From positions 64,001-128,000 of the forward strand of contig CBDUKN010000003.1 in assembly GCA_965367815.1 (NCBI GenBank): a stretch of 64,000 nucleotides of DNA, read 5' to 3'. Each line of letters opens with the position of its first letter. Within the stretch, counting starts at the first letter, position 1. Below the pieces are notes generated by a model. It did no database searches, was not told where the DNA came from, and worked only from the letters and a program-made list of their open reading frames with translations. Positions 59,811-64,000 of the stretch are shown in pieces. Source of the stretch: an uncultured Thermoprotei archaeon. GTDB taxonomy: Archaea; Thermoproteota; Thermoprotei; Thermofilales; B15-G2. Both the position numbers and the translations under genes were made by a program.

Positions 59811-62800
59811 CTACTCTTCTTTCAGATACTTTGACAGCTCTTCTTTAGCTGTCTTGATGTAGCGCTTGCGGTCGGCTAGAGTCAGTGCTCTCCACATCAA
59901 TAGCTGCTTTCTTACAGCGTCGGCGAACTTTCTTACTCCTCTCCTGTAGACGTAGTCTATTCCGCTTACTCTATTTATGTCAAGTGTTGTTTTAACTATT
60001 TGTGAGCCAGCTGGTACGTGGAAGTGCAGATCGCTGGTCATTACTACTCCGCTGTCGAAAGGCTTCACTTTAACGGTAGTGTGCAGTATAGTTGTCTCGC
60101 CTTCGGCCGAGACTTTCTTGCATAACTCGATTTTATCTATCATGAAGTCTGCTGCTGTCTCAGATCTGTGCAGGTTGAAGTATTCTATGAGGTAGTTTAT
60201 TAGACCGTCTAGCTCAAGTGGGCTTACCACTACTGGGATATTAATCATGTAGCGGTCTCCTCTTTTGATACCTACTGTCTCTATACGCCATCTGCGCTCG
60301 AAGGACGGCGTTACTGCTTTAGATGCGACTGATACAGGGTATATTGCGGCTGTAAGCGTAATGAGTATTGATAGTCCTACTGCACCAGCTACCCATGAAG
60401 ATGAGGTGTTCAACACTAGGCCTGGTATTAGCTTAGGCAGTACTATTCCGCAGAGGTAGCCTAGTACTCCTGAGACGACACCTATAATCATGAATTCTAG
60501 TAGGAACAGTCCAGCCACGTGTGTCGGCGACAGACCTATAGAGCTCAGTATAGAGACTTCTCTTTTGCGCTCGTAGACTGCGCTCAGACATGTGTTGAGT
60601 ATAATGAACACTAGTATTCCCACAGGAATTAGTGCTTCTCTACCGATAACCTGTTCTGAGAGTATTTTAGCATATACTCTTACTTCCTTGTCTTTTGCAG
60701 CACATATCTTGTATTTAATTCTGTAAGTTAATCTCTGGGCAATTTCATACACTTTACTTGGGTCTTCGAGCACTACTGCTACAGAGAAGACCGCGCCGTG
60801 GTGTCTTAAAACAACCTTGTAGGGGACTATGATTATTTCCTCGCCTTCAAGTCTACGCGCCTCTAAAGCCTGTACACGGCCGCCTCCAGGAGCCTCTATA
60901 GCTAGAGGTGTCACTAAGTCGTTATTCGGGTCTCTAATCGACTCAAGCCACTCTGCATTGAATATTCCTACTACTTTGAGTGCTTCTCCTTCGAACGTTA
61001 AGTAGTCTCCTATACTTATATTATACTGAGTTGCCAGTATGTCAGGTATTAAACACTCTTTTACATCGTCTGAAGAGAAGTACTGGCCTATAATATAGCC
61101 TTTCTTGAGAGCGTCTTCAATATATGTGTACCTCTCTCCTTGAGAGAGCCCTAAAATACCCTTTACAAAAATCATTCTTCCCTTATAGATTAGCTCGTAT
61201 CCTTCTTTTCTCTCACCGCCTCTCATTACTTCGGGCCTAATAAACTGTATTAGTCCCCTTTCAAGATACGCTCTAGGAGCTATTGCTTTAATAATGTCTG
61301 AGAGCTCTCCTTTAAACTGTGTTATGGCCTCAAGTGGAACAGGAGCTATTTCTCCACGTACTATCAGTAGGCCGTCGTAGGTTATGGCGTGTTCGGGTAG
61401 TTTGTAGTGTTCTATAAGAGTTACGATTTTAGTAGTTGTAACCGAGAGTGTACTGACTAGAGTAGCTACTACGACCATTAGCGAGACCATTGTTAGTCCT
61501 GTTCTAAGTTTACGTCTCCTGAGGTTACCCGCGCCTAGAGAAGCAGCCATTATTAGTGCGCTAGCTCTGCTTATGTCAGAGAAGTGTACTCCCGTAGTTT
61601 TCAGGCGGAACTTCTTTGCCGTTTCAATAACCCTTGACAGTATTAGCCCGAGAGGTGCCATTATAACAAATATCAGAACAAAAGCTATCACAACTAGGGG
61701 CGCATTTGATGCTAGCGCAAGGGCTGGGTGCACAAAGTACATTATAGAAGTCGAAGTGACTAGGAGAAGTGCTATTGCGAGAGCTCTCTTGCGCAGCGAC
61801 TCGAAGTTAAAGAACAGTCTTTCGGCGAGAAACGCGAATGGTAAGGCTAGTAGAAGGAAGATTGCTGCCGCGAAGCTTGTATCTATCATTGTTCTCCTGA
61901 GGTCGTCGTATACTGCTCTATAGTAGCTCCAAGCAGCAATAGCTAGAGCTATGCCTTTCTCATACTTCTTCTTGGCTATAGCTTCTTCTGCTTTCTTGAG
62001 AGTCTCGTTGGCTATCTCAAAGTAATGTAATATTGTAGGCAAGTAGAGCTGATGAGCCAATGCTTTGTGCATGTACTGGCTACATAGTAGCTGGAACTCC
62101 TTGGCGTAGACTAGTGGAGAGCACTTGATTAATACTTGCTCACAGCCTGTAGGTGTTATACCGTATCCACTATTAGTGAGTACTACTAGGTGGTATGTTG
62201 AGTAAGATGGGAATATTATAACATCCCATGGAGGACCAGGAGGTATTGAGGGATCTGCACTGACATAAATTGCAACGTAAGGTCTCAGAGTTTCTCTAGA
62301 CATTGTGTGCCACTTGAGGTCATAGTTTAAGCCAAAGTATCTTGTGCTGCTCTTAGTGTTGTGGTTCACTACGAGTATAACCGGTATCAGTGGCTGTAGA
62401 GACTCTGGGTCAAGGAGGTCGGAGAGTATTATTGTAGCAGCCTTGAAGAGCGAGGTTCTCACTGTATATTCAGGGGCATTTATTCTAACGCGGAAGCTTG
62501 GGAGAGCTGTATCACCCATGTTAGGCATGTATCTATCTCCGGTCTTGTAGTCAAACTTGTATGCATAGAAGCTGTAAGGACCTCTATTGTGTGGAGCAAG
62601 CGCCTTAAGCACAGCAATACCATGTTCATCTGTCTTAACTATAATTTGGTGGTTTACACTAGATGAAATAAAGTTAAACTGCGCCACTACTAATGCCTCG
62701 GGCACCGGGTGATACCTCTGCTCTGCCTCTGAGTACTCTTCGACAGAAACTATTGCTTTCGGTATGTTACGCTGGTCTACTCTACTGAACTCTAGTGGGA

Positions 62801-64000
62801 AGGGCGCGTCAGCTGAAGCAAGTTTCTCTAGCCATACTACGGCAATAAACGCGTAGTAAATAGAGTTAGATAGCCGTGAAGCCGTGCTCATGTAGGTGTC
62901 CGCTGGAGTGCCTCTGAGTGGAGAATACGTGTCTGCGGTTATAGCTATACCGTATCCTCCAGCCTGCACAAGAGGCTCTATTTCAAAGTATTTTCTCCAG
63001 AGGAGCTGGTAACTATCTGGGTTATAGTAGGGTGAAGCTGTTATTATTCCTTCTTGTGTAATAAGGTTAAAGAGAACAGATTTTTCTTTATATAGGAATT
63101 CTATTAGATCCAGTATACCAAAGTCGGGGTTGCTGAAGAAACTTTCTTCGGTGAGCCTCTTACTTTCGGGAGTTGCTCCATAGAAAGCTCCAGCGTCGAG
63201 TAAGGCTATACGTGTTTCGCCTTTAGGCTCGTAGTATGCAGATGGGTCTAAGTGAATCATTAGCTTAATGTCTGTTAAGTTTATTGGAGCCAGAGGCTTT
63301 TCAAAAGCATGAGAGAAAGCAAATTCTCTCGCACCCGCGAGAGCTTGGTGATGTCCTGAGAAAGCAATAAAAGCTACAGTACGTAAAGGCTTTTCGTCCT
63401 TAAATAGCTTAGCTATAGCCAGTAGAGAGGATATGCCTAGTGCTTCATCTGCACCAGGAGACCAGGCCGGAGCAACAGACCATGAATCAAAGTAAGCTGT
63501 CAATGCGACAACTTCATCAGAATATTTAGAGCCTTTCTTGAGCGCTATAATGTTATATGCTGCAACATTCTCGAAAGTCATATTCACTACTATTTTTGCC
63601 TTAACTCTTTCTCCAGCATCGAGCTCTGAGAGGATATCCTTGAAGTCGTTCCAGTCTACAGCGAGCCTAGGAGCGTATATAGGTAGCTCAGAAAACTTGT
63701 CTGCTGCCTCAATTTGAGTTACACTTCCTGAAAGAGGATTAACTACAAAGATAATTGCTTTAGCGCCTAGAGAAATAGCTCTCATCCACTCATATCCGCT
63801 GTCGAACTCCATGACCACGATCTTGTTGTCAATATCCTTCCCGTTCATTTCTTCTTTGCCGTGTCCAATGTAAACTAGCTCAGCTGTAATACCGTTAGGA
63901 GTATAGCATGTTTCAACAAGGTTAGGGACCAAAGCATAAGCTTTAATGACCTTATGATAAGGAGACAGGATCTCAACATAAGAGCCATAGTCTATTGGAA
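59811..64000 (-). CDS. Fusion of a PA domain, a degenerate M28 domain and an FtsX/MacB-type permease, 5'-partial
   Basis: Frame open to the window end; AELVYIGHG...GAKAIIF (PA), AYFDS...PGADEALG...FSGHHQALAG (M28-like), NLRRRKLRTGLT, VYERKREVSILSSIGLSP. Confidence 0.8.
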   Translation of the reverse strand, partial: PIDYGSYVEILSPYHKVIKAYALVPNLVETCYTPNGITAELVYIGHGKEEMNGKDIDNKIVVMEFDSGYEWMRAISLGAKAIIFVVNPLSGSVTQIEAADKFSELPIYAPRLAVDWNDFKDILSELDAGERVKAKIVVNMTFENVAAYNIIALKKGSKYSDEVVALTAYFDSWSVAPAWSPGADEALGISSLLAIAKLFKDEKPLRTVAFIAFSGHHQALAGAREFAFSHAFEKPLAPINLTDIKLMIHLDPSAYYEPKGETRIALLDAGAFYGATPESKRLTEESFFSNPDFGILDLIEFLYKEKSVLFNLITQEGIITASPYYNPDSYQLLWRKYFEIEPLVQAGGYGIAITADTYSPLRGTPADTYMSTASRLSNSIYYAFIAVVWLEKLASADAPFPLEFSRVDQRNIPKAIVSVEEYSEAEQRYHPVPEALVVAQFNFISSSVNHQIIVKTDEHGIAVLKALAPHNRGPYSFYAYKFDYKTGDRYMPNMGDTALPSFRVRINAPEYTVRTSLFKAATIILSDLLDPESLQPLIPVILVVNHNTKSSTRYFGLNYDLKWHTMSRETLRPYVAIYVSADPSIPPGPPWDVIIFPSYSTYHLVVLTNSGYGITPTGCEQVLIKCSPLVYAKEFQLLCSQYMHKALAHQLYLPTILHYFEIANETLKKAEEAIAKKKYEKGIALAIAAWSYYRAVYDDLRRTMIDTSFAAAIFLLLALPFAFLAERLFFNFESLRKRALAIALLLVTSTSIMYFVHPALALASNAPLVVIAFVLIFVIMAPLGLILSRVIETAKKFRLKTTGVHFSDISRASALIMAASLGAGNLRRRKLRTGLTMVSLMVVVATLVSTLSVTTTKIVTLIEHYKLPEHAITYDGLLIVRGEIAPVPLEAITQFKGELSDIIKAIAPRAYLERGLIQFIRPEVMRGGERKEGYELIYKGRMIFVKGILGLSQGERYTYIEDALKKGYIIGQYFSSDDVKECLIPDILATQYNISIGDYLTFEGEALKVVGIFNAEWLESIRDPNNDLVTPLAIEAPGGGRVQALEARRLEGEEIIIVPYKVVLRHHGAVFSVAVVLEDPSKVYEIAQRLTYRIKYKICAAKDKEVRVYAKILSEQVIGREALIPVGILVFIILNTCLSAVYERKREVSILSSIGLSPTHVAGLFLLEFMIIGVVSGVLGYLCGIVLPKLIPGLVLNTSSSWVAGAVGLSILITLTAAIYPVSVASKAVTPSFERRWRIETVGIKRGDRYMINIPVVVSPLELDGLINYLIEYFNLHRSETAADFMIDKIELCKKVSAEGETTILHTTVKVKPFDSGVVMTSDLHFHVPAGSQIVKTTLDINRVSGIDYVYRRGVRKFADAVRKQLLMWRALTLADRKRYIKTAKEELSKYLKEE

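Noticed and set aside
3648-62550. Many ORFs of 60-200 aa overlapping confident genes (e.g. 3941-4339, 5138-5575, 22546-22956, 38913-39506, 45666-46136)
   Set aside because: Ser/Phe/Leu-rich shadow frames, antisense or out of frame to well-supported genes
1-64000. CRISPR array, cas genes, rRNA, integrase or transposase
   Set aside because: No regularly spaced short repeats or recognisable motifs were found by eye

Overview
Archaeal window, most consistent with a Thermoproteota/Thermofilales-like hyperthermophile (inferred from AMP phosphorylase, single-OB-fold crenarchaeal-type SSBs, an AF0577-type radical SAM enzyme and many PIN toxins). It contains carAB and scattered sugar-acid and glycan catabolism genes (split UxaA, HpcH aldolase, FGGY kinase, GH38, GH3). 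It also carries about ten toxin-antitoxin-type modules and about a dozen decaying genes. Two features stand out. (1) Two independent three-gene loci (4829-5857 and 10881-11903) have a PIN toxin gene between two paralogous small HTH genes that share a perfectly identical 118-bp or 112-bp core. In both loci the identity ends at the same codon (ETGD, TAGAAACAGGAGA), and divergent HTH tails follow. (2) A cell-surface cluster of about 14 kb (50207 to the window end) encodes an S45 amidase, a gingipain-like C25 protease, an OPT-like transporter and two giant FtsX-type membrane proteins. These two share a chassis but carry different extracellular heads (a C45/phospholipase-B-like Ntn hydrolase and a PA plus degenerate M28 domain), and no ABC ATPase is in view. 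A Cys-rich secreted protein with a small membrane partner (possible archaeocin/immunity pair) is also present. No rRNA, tRNA, CRISPR array or transposase was recognised. All family calls come from motifs read by eye, not from database searches.
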